Source of the DNA: an uncultured bacterium
GTDB taxonomy: Bacteria > Oederibacteriota > Oederibacteriia > Oederibacteriales > Oederibacteriaceae
Reading direction: 5' to 3'
Assembly (NCBI GenBank): GCA_965112635.1
Contig: OZ218778.1
Coordinates: 2,400,001 to 2,464,000, forward strand
Length of the DNA: 64,000 nt
The position numbers were made by a program, and so were the translations under genes. Below, piece by piece: positions 19,066-27,869 of the stretch. Within the stretch, counting starts at the first letter, position 1, and each line of letters begins with the position of its first letter. The notes under the pieces were generated by a model that had not been told where the DNA came from, did no database searches, and saw only the letters and a list, made by a program, of their open reading frames with translations.

Positions 19066-19174
19066 AAAAAAAGCCGTACACTTTAAGATAACTGCTTGCC
19101 TTTCCGAGCCCAGCTTGTTTAAGCCTGGCTTTCTGCCCTGAGCAGTGGCAAACACCTTAAAAATGTACGGCTAT
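19066..19174 (-). ncRNA. Candidate structured small RNA (~109 nt), family unknown
   Basis: TTGAAT-N16-TATCAT promoter (19208-19181); 5'/3' closing stem AGCCGUACA/UGUACGGCU followed by U7; two internal hairpins. Confidence 0.55.
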
Positions 19175-19302
19175 ACTTAAATGATATACCTCATCCAAAA
19201 TAATTCAAGACAGACCTGCCAAGATGCCCGGACAAAGATTTTACTGCTGTTTTATGATGGATAATTTAGTTTATTGATATAATAATTCTCTGTTAAGAAC
19301 GC

Positions 19303-19379
19303 GTCCCAGTAGCTCAGTTGGATAGAGCAACGGATTTCTAATCCGTTGGTCGGGGGTTCAAATCCCTCCTGGGACGCCA
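19303..19379 (+). tRNA. tRNA-Arg(TCT)
   Basis: GTCCCAG...CTGGGAC-G-CCA; anticodon arm ACGGA TT TCT AA TCCGT. Confidence 0.97.
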
Positions 19380-19490
19380 GCTCTTGCAGAGATATAACAA
19401 GGCGTTTCCTTCCGAGAGTTGGCGCATCAAAATCGCTTTTTGATACGCCAGTCCCTCTATAGGGGCGTTTCCCTTCAGATATTGGAATGA

Positions 19491-20414
19491 TTAAAGAAGC
19501 GGTTTTACCTTAGGCAGGATGTATCTTTCGACGTCCTCATCGTTTCGGGGTTTGACCACATTCTCAAACAGATACCAAAATTCCACATGCTCGATAGAAC
19601 CATCCGGCTTCACGACTGACAACGGGCTCAAAGTTTCTACTTCCAGCATCTGATCATTGGTAAAGGTTTCCACGTTGGAATTGTAATCAGGGTAAGAAAC
19701 TCCCTTTAATACCTTATAAGTCTTAACAAAAAGGTTGCCATGGTTGCAGTAGCCCACCCAACCCTCATTATCCAATACTCCCACCTTCTGAGGCTTTTCA
19801 TTATTGCTTTGCTGGAGCAGTATATAGCGTTCACCCCATGTCCAACGCGGATCCCTGAGATTAGTATAGGACCACATTGACATAAGGTTTTTAGGTTGCA
19901 GATTCCTCGGATCAGAATGGGGCCCCCTGGGTGGCAAAGGGATGACGGCCATACCCCCTGGCGCCATCACGGAAAGTGCCCAGATCGCGAACTCCACCGG
20001 CCATTGGCCGACATTGCGGAGCCGGTGTGTCACTTTTATTTTTGTGGTAACCGGGGAGGAAAACGCAAAATCCATCTCTTTGATGATACCGGTGGTCTTC
20101 TCTACGGGCTGAATGAATCGAAGAAAAGTTTTATGATTTTCAACTTTGACGGGAAAGTTATCCGGATAATAGGTACGGGGAATGGATTCAGGAGAATGCC
20201 ACAACCGGTGGCCACCAAAATTGACCCAGGCTTTGCCGCCTTTTTTCCCCACCACTGGGGTGTTTTCCCAAAACTCGTTGGGTTCTCCTTTAAAGCCAAA
20301 ACGGATGACCCTGGGCCCGACGTCTGCCGTGACAATGATGTCGACCGACTTGTTAAAGATCTTGTAACAATTTCTCCATCCGCCATAACTAACTCTTTGG
20401 AATCTTATCTGCAC
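19491..20414 (-). CDS. Conserved hypothetical protein (DUF4380/galactose-mutarotase-like)
   Basis: GW.NC..., DVGPRVIRFG, GGHRLWHSPE...YYPDN and EVETLSPL motifs. Confidence 0.6.
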   Translation of the reverse strand: MQIRFQRVSYGGWRNCYKIFNKSVDIIVTADVGPRVIRFGFKGEPNEFWENTPVVGKKGGKAWVNFGGHRLWHSPESIPRTYYPDNFPVKVENHKTFLRFIQPVEKTTGIIKEMDFAFSSPVTTKIKVTHRLRNVGQWPVEFAIWALSVMAPGGMAVIPLPPRGPHSDPRNLQPKNLMSMWSYTNLRDPRWTWGERYILLQQSNNEKPQKVGVLDNEGWVGYCNHGNLFVKTYKVLKGVSYPDYNSNVETFTNDQMLEVETLSPLSVVKPDGSIEHVEFWYLFENVVKPRNDEDVERYILPKVKPLL

Positions 20415-20432
20415 TTTTTCCCTTTCAAAATA

Positions 20433-21515
20433 CTACTGCGAAACGCCAGCTGTAGGGGTCACGCCAGCCTCAGGTACCTGGCTGGCCGGGGTCGGTGCTT
20501 TTTCCGCCTGCTTATCTAAGTCCACCGTGGCTTTTTCCACGGGACTGCCGGGCTTGACCAATTCCTTACTCCAGTTCAGCTGGGCAACACAGCTGTGCGG
20601 CAGAACCCCTAGGACCTTCAAACCACCAATGGGAACAAAGGGATCGCTTGGGCTCCCTTCTGTGGCGTCTTCTTTGACCACATGGAAAATGTCTCCCGCC
20701 TTGACTCCTTCAACGCTTCCAATATTTAGATAGACAGAGTCTCCCATCAAAATGGCACTCTTGTTGTTTTGCTCCACGACCAGCACGCCCTTAGTTTCCT
20801 CTTTTTGTTCGGCCGCGCTCCCCAGCGTAACCCTCCAAGAGTTGAGAAACACAAATTTATCGTTGGGATACAAGGTCATAAAAGAATAAGTAATTTTGCC
20901 AACGACCGTCTGAGTATTGATCACGCGAACGACCTCGCCAATAGCCAAGGGTCTGACCATATCCCCCATAGTTTGGCCGCTTCCCGGATCTTTCAATAAC
21001 CCTGCTTCGCGATAAAACACGAACAAATGACCGGGCTTGACCTTCCTGGCTGGATCTAATTTCAGGATTATCTCATCATTTAAACCAAATACTTTTTTGT
21101 CCTTTTCCGTGCCGCTCTCAAGCCAGCCATGGGCGGAAAGGACATCCGGGGCCAGGAACCCGAACTTGCCCAGGAAATAAAGTTGGTCAGCGGGAATGGC
21201 GGGTAGGTCAGGATCTTCCAAGACCACCCTCTTCTTAGCAGGTTTTTTTGGTTTTGGGGTCGGCACCTCGGTAGGGGCTTCCTTTTCTATTTCCATGATC
21301 TCGGGGGTGTCGGTGATCGTGTTAGCCTGCATCGGCGTGAAAACCGGCGCAGGAGTTTCCGTAGGTACTCCAGTGGGGATTTCCGTGGGAGCTTCAGTGG
21401 GTAACGGAGTATAGGTTGGTGGACTGGGAAGGTCCAGGTCTATTTCCTGCACAGCAAATGCCGGCAAACAGAATAAAACCGCAATACTTGTTAACAACCA
21501 AATACTTTTTTTCAT
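20433..21515 (-). CDS. Secreted protein with P/T-rich linker and FlgT-C-like beta domains (TsaP-like, no LysM seen)
   Basis: Signal peptide; PTE repeats; GD.VYLNIGS..GVKAGD.F.V motif. Confidence 0.55.
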   Translation of the reverse strand: MKKSIWLLTSIAVLFCLPAFAVQEIDLDLPSPPTYTPLPTEAPTEIPTGVPTETPAPVFTPMQANTITDTPEIMEIEKEAPTEVPTPKPKKPAKKRVVLEDPDLPAIPADQLYFLGKFGFLAPDVLSAHGWLESGTEKDKKVFGLNDEIILKLDPARKVKPGHLFVFYREAGLLKDPGSGQTMGDMVRPLAIGEVVRVINTQTVVGKITYSFMTLYPNDKFVFLNSWRVTLGSAAEQKEETKGVLVVEQNNKSAILMGDSVYLNIGSVEGVKAGDIFHVVKEDATEGSPSDPFVPIGGLKVLGVLPHSCVAQLNWSKELVKPGSPVEKATVDLDKQAEKAPTPASQVPEAGVTPTAGVSQ

Positions 21516-21682
21516 ACTATTAAGACTCCTCCCACATTAAATTAACGAGGTCTATTATAACGCAAACATTAATATAATATTGCCTTGTTTCATCTGTCCA
21601 CTTTTTTCTTTATCGACCGCAGTCATCATTAAGTTATGACAGCAAAATACCCATGATACAATGTTTTTTCAATCAGTTTGCT

Positions 21683-21756
21683 GCGCCTGTAGCTCAATTG
21701 GATAGAGCCGCGGACTTCGAATCCGAAGGTTGGGGGTTCAATTCCCTCCAGGCGCA
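21683..21756 (+). tRNA. tRNA-Arg(TCG), CCA not encoded
   Basis: GCGCCTG...CAGGCGC-A; anticodon arm CGGA CT TCG AA TCCG; T loop TTCAATT. Confidence 0.92.
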
Positions 21757-21936
21757 AAGCGCCTCTATAATAGGCAGACGCGACAGCGTCTGCCACTACA
21801 AAGGGAATTGAAGGGCGGAAACAGGCGGGGACCCTTTGGGTGCCTGTCAAGCCCAGGCTGGAGGCAAGACGCGGCAGCGTCGAGACCGCAAGCCAATTCC
21901 CTCCAGGCGCAAAGCGCCTCTATGATAGGCGGACGC
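21739..21936 (+). repeat. 43-bp direct repeat of the tRNA-Arg(TCG) 3' end (21739-21781 and 21894-21936) flanking a palindromic insert
   Basis: CAATTCCCTCCAGGCGCAAAGCGCCTCTAT(A/G)ATAGGC(A/G)GACGC occurs twice with 2 mismatches. Confidence 0.9.
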
Positions 21937-21962
21937 AAGGCCCCAACACTTTTCTTCCCATT

Positions 21963-23762
21963 CTACCCTTCCCCTAAAGACGATACCTGAGTAGCCAAAG
22001 TTTCGCTAAAATACCCGCCTTGTTTCATCAGCTCGTCGAACTTGCCCTGCTCCACGATTTCCCCGTCTTTAAGCACGATGATGCGGTCCGCGTTTTTGAT
22101 GGTGCTCAGCCGATGGGCGATCGTGATGACCGTCCTGTCCTGCGACAGCCGTTCTAGAGCTTCTTGGATCAGCTTCTCGCTCTCATAATCTAGGGCGGAG
22201 GTGGGCTCATCCAAAATTAGCAACCTGGGATTACGCAGGATGGCCCGAGCAATGGCAATCCTCTGTCTCTGGCCTCCCGAAAGGTTGACTCCCCTCTCGC
22301 CTAGCATACTCTTGTACCCTTCAGGCATCTTGAGAATGAACGGCTCGGCATTAGCCAGACGCGCTGCTTCCTGCACTTCTTTTTCCGTGGCTTCTACTCT
22401 GGCGAAGCGTATATTTTCCAGGATGGTCCCGGAAAGCAAAAAGTTTTCTTGCATGACGACCGCTGTTTGTTTTCTGAGCCATCTCATATCCAGGGATTCC
22501 TGGGTCTGACTGTCCAGATAGATGAATCCTTGTTCGGGTTTGTACAACCCCAATAACAGATTCACCAAGGTGCTTTTTCCAGAACCTGACGGCCCCGCGA
22601 TGGCGATGTGCTCACCGGCCTTGATGATCAAATTGAAATCTTTGAATACTTTTGTGCCCGTAGAGGCATATGAAAACCTGACATGGTCAAATTTGACCTC
22701 CCCGCTGAAATTAGGGATGCGTCCTTTGCCTTGCCATTCCTCCACGTAAGGCGCATCCAATAGTTCCTTGATGCTCAAGTAACTTTCCTGGCCAAGGTAA
22801 TATTGGTCGCTGTAAGCGCTAAAGGACTGGATGGGGCTGAAAATGATCGGCATGCCGGAAATAAAAACGATCAAAGTACCCAGGGTCAAACTGCCTTTGA
22901 TGACAAAATACGCGCCGCCTGCCACCACAATGAGATAAAGGACCTGCGTGCTGACATAGGTGAATGTGCCGAAGATAGTATTGATTTGGGTTAACTGCAA
23001 CTTGCTCTGGGCATAAGTTTGGCTCCTTTCGTTCAACTGCTCATTGGCCTGCTTCTCCTCCCCGAAACTCCTCACCAGGCGCAAGGCGGTAATGAGCTCA
23101 CTGGCGGTTCCGGTCAGCTTTTCCTGGGCCAAACGGGCCGTGGAGTTGCTCCGCTGGATCTTTTCAGCAAAATAATAACGAAAAAAAGCATAGAAAGGCA
23201 TAAGCAAAAGGAGCACTAGACATAGCTGCCAGTGCATGAACAATAACAGACACAAAATACTGACGCTGTAGATGATCTGCGGACAAAAGGAGACTAAAAG
23301 CGAAGTCAGGGCGCCTTCGACCCTCTGGGTGTCAAACGCGTATTTGGAAAGGAGCCGCCCGGTCTTTTGCTGGTCCAAATATCCGAAACTCAAATACTGC
23401 AGCTTATCAAAAATATCGCTTCTCAATTCCAGCATCATCTGGGTCATGGTTTTGGCTATTTCAATGGCCCCGCCAAGGGAAAAAATGTAGTGCACTACCA
23501 TCAAGCCGACAAAAACCAGACAGACCACTAAAATGCCGTTGATATCCGGCGGAGTGATGCATTGATCCACGACGATCTTGAACAGCCAGGGGCAGGGTGT
23601 CACCGCGACCATGCGCAAGATCGCGAACAATAATCCCAGATACAGTACTTTTTTTTGGGCCCACATGAACGCAATCAAAGTCTTTGCCTCAACAATGGTA
23701 TTTTTTGAGGCACGATCGGCTTTAGGGGTTCCAACCTGGTTGAAACCAGGACCATTCGGCAC
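21963..23762 (-). CDS. ABC exporter, fused permease/ATPase (MsbA-like)
   Basis: TM domain; GPSGSGKST, LSGGQRQR, LILDEPTSALD and IAHRL motifs. Confidence 0.92.
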   Translation of the reverse strand: MPNGPGFNQVGTPKADRASKNTIVEAKTLIAFMWAQKKVLYLGLLFAILRMVAVTPCPWLFKIVVDQCITPPDINGILVVCLVFVGLMVVHYIFSLGGAIEIAKTMTQMMLELRSDIFDKLQYLSFGYLDQQKTGRLLSKYAFDTQRVEGALTSLLVSFCPQIIYSVSILCLLLFMHWQLCLVLLLLMPFYAFFRYYFAEKIQRSNSTARLAQEKLTGTASELITALRLVRSFGEEKQANEQLNERSQTYAQSKLQLTQINTIFGTFTYVSTQVLYLIVVAGGAYFVIKGSLTLGTLIVFISGMPIIFSPIQSFSAYSDQYYLGQESYLSIKELLDAPYVEEWQGKGRIPNFSGEVKFDHVRFSYASTGTKVFKDFNLIIKAGEHIAIAGPSGSGKSTLVNLLLGLYKPEQGFIYLDSQTQESLDMRWLRKQTAVVMQENFLLSGTILENIRFARVEATEKEVQEAARLANAEPFILKMPEGYKSMLGERGVNLSGGQRQRIAIARAILRNPRLLILDEPTSALDYESEKLIQEALERLSQDRTVITIAHRLSTIKNADRIIVLKDGEIVEQGKFDELMKQGGYFSETLATQVSSLGEG

Positions 23763-24043
23763 TAGACATCCCTCCTCTTCCTAATCTTACCTTTTTTGAC
23801 CAGATCTATTTTCTGTCGTCTGGTCATCTGCTTTATGGCATATTCCCGTTTTAAAGCCTGGGAACGTCCAGGACTGGGTTCTCTGAAAACCAACCTGACC
23901 GGCTTGTGGAATTTAGTGTAAAGAGCACCTTTCCCCTCATTATGCTTTTTGACCCTTTTCTTGAGGTCATTGGTTATGCCGGTGTAATAAGAGCCGTCTC
24001 TGCACCGGACAATATAAACTGACCATGGCTTTAAAATGGGAAT
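23762..24043 (-). CDS. GIY-YIG nuclease family protein (UPF0213/YhbQ-like), probable ATT start; absent from the ORF track
   Basis: Manual translation IPILKPWSVYIVRCRDGSYYTGITNDLKKRVKKHNEGKGALYTK...ALKREYAIKQM; its TAG overlaps the GTG of the next gene. Confidence 0.85.
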   Translation of the reverse strand: MPILKPWSVYIVRCRDGSYYTGITNDLKKRVKKHNEGKGALYTKFHKPVRLVFREPSPGRSQALKREYAIKQMTRRQKIDLVKKGKIRKRRDV

Positions 24044-24046
24044 GGT

Positions 24047-24718
24047 TCACCTCACCGGTTCCATGCATTTTTCGTCGTCATTGTCCGGATTGTTGACCCG
24101 GGAACTGACCGGATAAGCCTCGATCTCCGTGCTGGGCAAAGGCTGCAAAAGCGGCCGCAATGCCTCGATGGTGCCGGTCGCCGGATCAAGCCACAATCTA
24201 TACTGTTCTCTTTTTAGGATGACAGGCATGCGCTGGTGGATAGGACTCATCGTTTCGTTGGCCTGGGTCGTCAATAAGGTGCAGGAGAAAAGCTCGTTAC
24301 CTTTATTATCCTCCCAAAATTCCCACAAACCGGCGAAAGCGAACAGCCTGCCGCTCTTTAAATGGAAATAATAGGGCAGCTTGCCTTTATCCAGTTTTTG
24401 CCATTCGTAAAACCCGTCCGCGGGTATTAAGCACCGCTTGTTCTTAAATGGACCGCGGTAGGAAGGTTTTTCAGCTACTGTCTCGGCCCGGGCATTGATC
24501 ATTTTTTGGCCTATGCCAGGGTCTTTGGCCCAAGAAGGCACTAAACCCCACATCATAAAAGTGGCCTCCCGCTTCACTGTTTCTTTGTTCAGGCGGACCA
24601 CCAAAACAGGCTGGGAGGGTGCGATATTGTATCTAGGCGCATAGAGGGCAGTTTCCGTGACTTCAAACTCATCAGCAATTGTTTTTATAGGTGTCTTTAA
24701 AGCAAACCTTCCGCACAT
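24047..24718 (-). CDS. yedK: SOS-response-associated peptidase / abasic-site-processing protein (SRAP, HMCES/YedK family)
   Basis: MCGRF N-terminus; RYNIAP, WGLVP.W, INARAET, GFYEW and HQRMPVIL motifs. Confidence 0.93.
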   Translation of the reverse strand: MCGRFALKTPIKTIADEFEVTETALYAPRYNIAPSQPVLVVRLNKETVKREATFMMWGLVPSWAKDPGIGQKMINARAETVAEKPSYRGPFKNKRCLIPADGFYEWQKLDKGKLPYYFHLKSGRLFAFAGLWEFWEDNKGNELFSCTLLTTQANETMSPIHQRMPVILKREQYRLWLDPATGTIEALRPLLQPLPSTEIEAYPVSSRVNNPDNDDEKCMEPVR

Positions 24719-24839
24719 ATCTCACCTCAAGTAATATTTGTTCAATTTTATCAAAAATACGGAAATAAAAGGTTAAAAGGTGACTTAGAAAATGAAAAGT
24801 GTTAAAATCCTTTTTCAGCTTGATACGATTTTCGAAGGT

Positions 24840-24917
24840 GGTGGGTGTAGCTCAGCTGGTTAGAGCATCAGATTGTGGATCTGAGGGTCGCGGGTTCGAA
24901 TCCCGTCATCCACCCCA
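24840..24917 (+). tRNA. tRNA-His(GTG)
   Basis: G-1 plus GTGGGTG...CATCCAC-C-CCA; anticodon arm TCAGA TT GTG GA TCTGA. Confidence 0.96.
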
Positions 24918-24924
24918 TATAATT

Positions 24925-26376
24925 TTATCCCTTCAGCTTATTCTCCAGCAGTTCATTGATGATCTTGGGATTAGCTTTGCCTTGAGTGGCCTTCATGATT
25001 TGCCCGACCAAAAAACCCTTGCCTTTATCCTTGCCCGCCCTAACCTCATCCACCAGCTGTTTGTTGGCGTTGATGACCTCGTCAATGACCTTGGACAAGG
25101 CATCCGTATCTGTGATCTGGACCAGGCCTTTTTCCTTGACCACCTGCTCAGCCAGTTTGCCTGAGCTGAACATTTCCTTGAATACTTCCTTGGCCAGCTT
25201 GCCGCTCAAGGTCCCATTCTTGATTAAACCAATGAGCCCGGCCATGGCCTGGCTGGACACAGGCGACTGCTCTATTTCCTTTCCTGATTCTTTAAGACCG
25301 GCCAAAAGCTCGGTCATTATCCAGTTGCTGGCATCTTTGGCCGGTGCTCCTGCCTTGATGGTTGCCTCGCAATAGACCGCCAACGCTTTGGAAGAAGTCA
25401 AAACTCCGGCATCATACACAGGCAAGCCGTACTGGGAAACAAACCGGTCCTTGCGCGCCTCAGGCATTTCCGGCAAGGTCGCCTGGAGCTCCTTGGCCCA
25501 TTCCCGGCTGATGGCCATAGGAGGCAGGTCCGGCTCAGGAAAATACCTGTAATCATGGGCCTCTTCCTTACTGCGCATAAGCTGCGTTTTACCGTGGCCC
25601 GCGTCCCAAAGCCTCGTTTCAATATGGGTTTTTTCACCAGAGTCCAAAGCCTTGGTCTGGCGTTCCACTTCATACTGCAGGGCGTCCCGGACATTCTTAA
25701 AAGAGTTCATGTTCTTGATCTCGACCTTGGCTCCGAACTCTCTTTGCCCCACGGGTCGCAGGGAGATGTTGGCGTCGCAGCGCAAGCTCCCTTCTTCCAT
25801 ATTGCAATCCGAGACCTCTAAGTACTCCAAAATGCTTTTTATAGACAAGAGGTATTGGTAGGCCTCCTCGGGGCTGTTGATATCCGGCTCGCTCACGATC
25901 TCCATCAAAGGCACCCCTCCCCGGTTATAATCCACCAGGCTCTCTTCAGCCGCGCCGATCTGTCCGCCCTTGCTGGTGTGGACCAGTTTTCCGGCGTCTT
26001 CTTCCAGATGCAGGCGGGTAATACCTATCTTTTTCTTGGCTCCGTTAACCTCTACCTCCACATAACCTTTTAAAGCCAAAGGTTTATCATACTGGGATAT
26101 CTGGAAAGCTTTGGGCAAATCTGGATAAAAATAGTTCTTGCGGTCCATCTTGCTCTGGCTGGCGATCTCGCAGTGCAGGGCTAGGCCGGTTTTGATGCCA
26201 AACTCCACGGCCTGTTTGTTAATAACTGGCAATACCCCCGGGAACCCAAGGCATACCGGGCAGGTCTGGGTATTGGGGCTAGCCCCGAACTTCGTGGAGC
26301 ATCCGCAGAACATCTTGGATAAAGTTTTCATTTCCGCGTGGACTTCCAGGCCGATGATGGTCTCGTATTTGTTCAT
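24925..26376 (-). CDS. gatB: Asp-tRNA(Asn)/Glu-tRNA(Gln) amidotransferase subunit B
   Basis: IGLEVH, RKNYFYPDLPK, HLEEDAGK and DYRYFPEPDLPP motifs; start taken at MNKYETIIG. Confidence 0.97.
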   Translation of the reverse strand: MNKYETIIGLEVHAEMKTLSKMFCGCSTKFGASPNTQTCPVCLGFPGVLPVINKQAVEFGIKTGLALHCEIASQSKMDRKNYFYPDLPKAFQISQYDKPLALKGYVEVEVNGAKKKIGITRLHLEEDAGKLVHTSKGGQIGAAEESLVDYNRGGVPLMEIVSEPDINSPEEAYQYLLSIKSILEYLEVSDCNMEEGSLRCDANISLRPVGQREFGAKVEIKNMNSFKNVRDALQYEVERQTKALDSGEKTHIETRLWDAGHGKTQLMRSKEEAHDYRYFPEPDLPPMAISREWAKELQATLPEMPEARKDRFVSQYGLPVYDAGVLTSSKALAVYCEATIKAGAPAKDASNWIMTELLAGLKESGKEIEQSPVSSQAMAGLIGLIKNGTLSGKLAKEVFKEMFSSGKLAEQVVKEKGLVQITDTDALSKVIDEVINANKQLVDEVRAGKDKGKGFLVGQIMKATQGKANPKIINELLENKLKG

Positions 26377-26407
26377 AGGCTCCCCCAGGCCGAACAGATC
26401 GTTTCCA

Positions 26408-27868
26408 TTAAATTGACGCCTTCTTTTTATGCCATTCCGTGGATTGTTCATAAGTATAGGCCGCACGCAAAATCTTCTCTTCCTCAAAGGGCTTACCGAT
26501 TATCTGCAGGCCGATAGGCAGGTTATCCTTGTTAAAACCGCAAGGCAAAGAAATGCCCGGCAACCCCGCCAGATTGACTGAAATAGTGAAAATATCAGAC
26601 AGATACATCTGCAAGGGGTCGTCCATTTTTTCGTTGAGCTTAAACGCGCAAGTGGGCGAGGTCGGCGTCATGATGACATCACATTTTTCAAAAGCCTTGT
26701 CAAAATCCTGCTTGATGAGCGTACGGACTTTAAGCGCCTTGAGGTAATAGGCGTCATAGTAACCGGCGCTCAAGGCATAGGTCCCGATCATGATGCGGCG
26801 TTTAACCTCCGGCCCAAAACCCTGCGCCCTGGTCTGCATATACATCTCGTTGAGATTTTCCATCTCTTTGCTTCTGAAACCGTATTGAACCCCGTCAAAC
26901 CGGGCCAAATTGGACGAGGCTTCCGAGGGTGCAATGATGTAATAGGTATCCAGGCAATAAGAAGTATGGGGCAAAGAAACTTCCACCACAATTGCCCCCA
27001 ATGACTCCAGATGCTTTAACGCTTTTTTGACCGCCTCTTCCACCTCTTTATCCATCCCTGCCACAAAATATTCTTTGGGCACACCAATACGCCAGCCTTT
27101 TATATCCGGGACTAAGGCTTTCTCGTAATCCGGCACAGCCAAAGGCGCTGAAGTGGAATCTTTGGGGTCATGGCCCGCGATCTGCTGCAAGACCAGGGCG
27201 CAATCCCTGACATCCCGGCCAAAAGGCCCGATCTGGTCCAGGGAAGAGGCAAAGGCGATCAAACCATACCGGGATACCCGGCCATAGGTGGGTTTCATGC
27301 CCACGATACCGCACAAGGAAGCAGGCTGGCGAATGGAACCTCCTGTGTCGCTTCCCAAGGCCACAGGGCAGAACTGCGCCGCCACAGCAGCAGCTGAGCC
27401 GCCTGAGGAACCTCCAGGGATACGCATCAAATCCCAGGGATTCTTGGTCGGACCAAAAGCGGAATTTTCCGTTGATGACCCCATGGCAAACTCATCCATG
27501 TTGGTCTTCCCTAATCCTATCATTCCTGCTTGGCCCAGCTTCTGGACAACATGGGCGTCATAGGGAGGCAAAAACCCTTTTAGAATCTTAGAGGAGCAGG
27601 TTGTTTCCACCCCGTAGGTGCACAGAACATCCTTGATGCCCCACGGCACGCCGGCCAACGGACCCAGGGCTTCGCCCTTAGAGACCTGCTGGTCCACTTT
27701 ATCGGCTTTGGCGCAAGCCTGGTCTTTCATCAGGACCAGGAAAGCGTGAACTTTGGGGTCTAAAGCTCCTATCCGCTTGGTGCAGGCGTCCAAAATTTCC
27801 CTGGCCTTGACCTGCTTGTTCCTTATTTTGTCCCTGATCTCATGGGCTGTCAGTTCAAAAAGTTCCAC
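26408..27868 (-). CDS. gatA: Amidotransferase subunit A
   Basis: [24 protein letters not shown] and [11 protein letters not shown] motifs; GTG start at 27868. Confidence 0.97.
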   Translation of the reverse strand: MELFELTAHEIRDKIRNKQVKAREILDACTKRIGALDPKVHAFLVLMKDQACAKADKVDQQVSKGEALGPLAGVPWGIKDVLCTYGVETTCSSKILKGFLPPYDAHVVQKLGQAGMIGLGKTNMDEFAMGSSTENSAFGPTKNPWDLMRIPGGSSGGSAAAVAAQFCPVALGSDTGGSIRQPASLCGIVGMKPTYGRVSRYGLIAFASSLDQIGPFGRDVRDCALVLQQIAGHDPKDSTSAPLAVPDYEKALVPDIKGWRIGVPKEYFVAGMDKEVEEAVKKALKHLESLGAIVVEVSLPHTSYCLDTYYIIAPSEASSNLARFDGVQYGFRSKEMENLNEMYMQTRAQGFGPEVKRRIMIGTYALSAGYYDAYYLKALKVRTLIKQDFDKAFEKCDVIMTPTSPTCAFKLNEKMDDPLQMYLSDIFTISVNLAGLPGISLPCGFNKDNLPIGLQIIGKPFEEEKILRAAYTYEQSTEWHKKKASI

Positions 27869-27869
27869 A

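Noticed and set aside
19066-19174. SRP (4.5S) RNA or cobalamin riboswitch identity for the candidate ncRNA
   Set aside because: The central hairpin lacks CAGG-nnn-GNRA-nnn-AGCA; only a B12-box-like fragment is present, and there is no downstream gene on that strand
21739-21936. Prophage/ICE att sites or a minimal CRISPR array
   Set aside because: Only two copies with a ~110-bp insert; the repeat is tRNA-derived; no integrase or cas genes in the window
24047-24049. Selenocysteine or genetic-code reassignment of TGA
   Set aside because: TGA ends many intact genes here, the codon is not at a Cys-equivalent position, and no convincing SECIS hairpin follows
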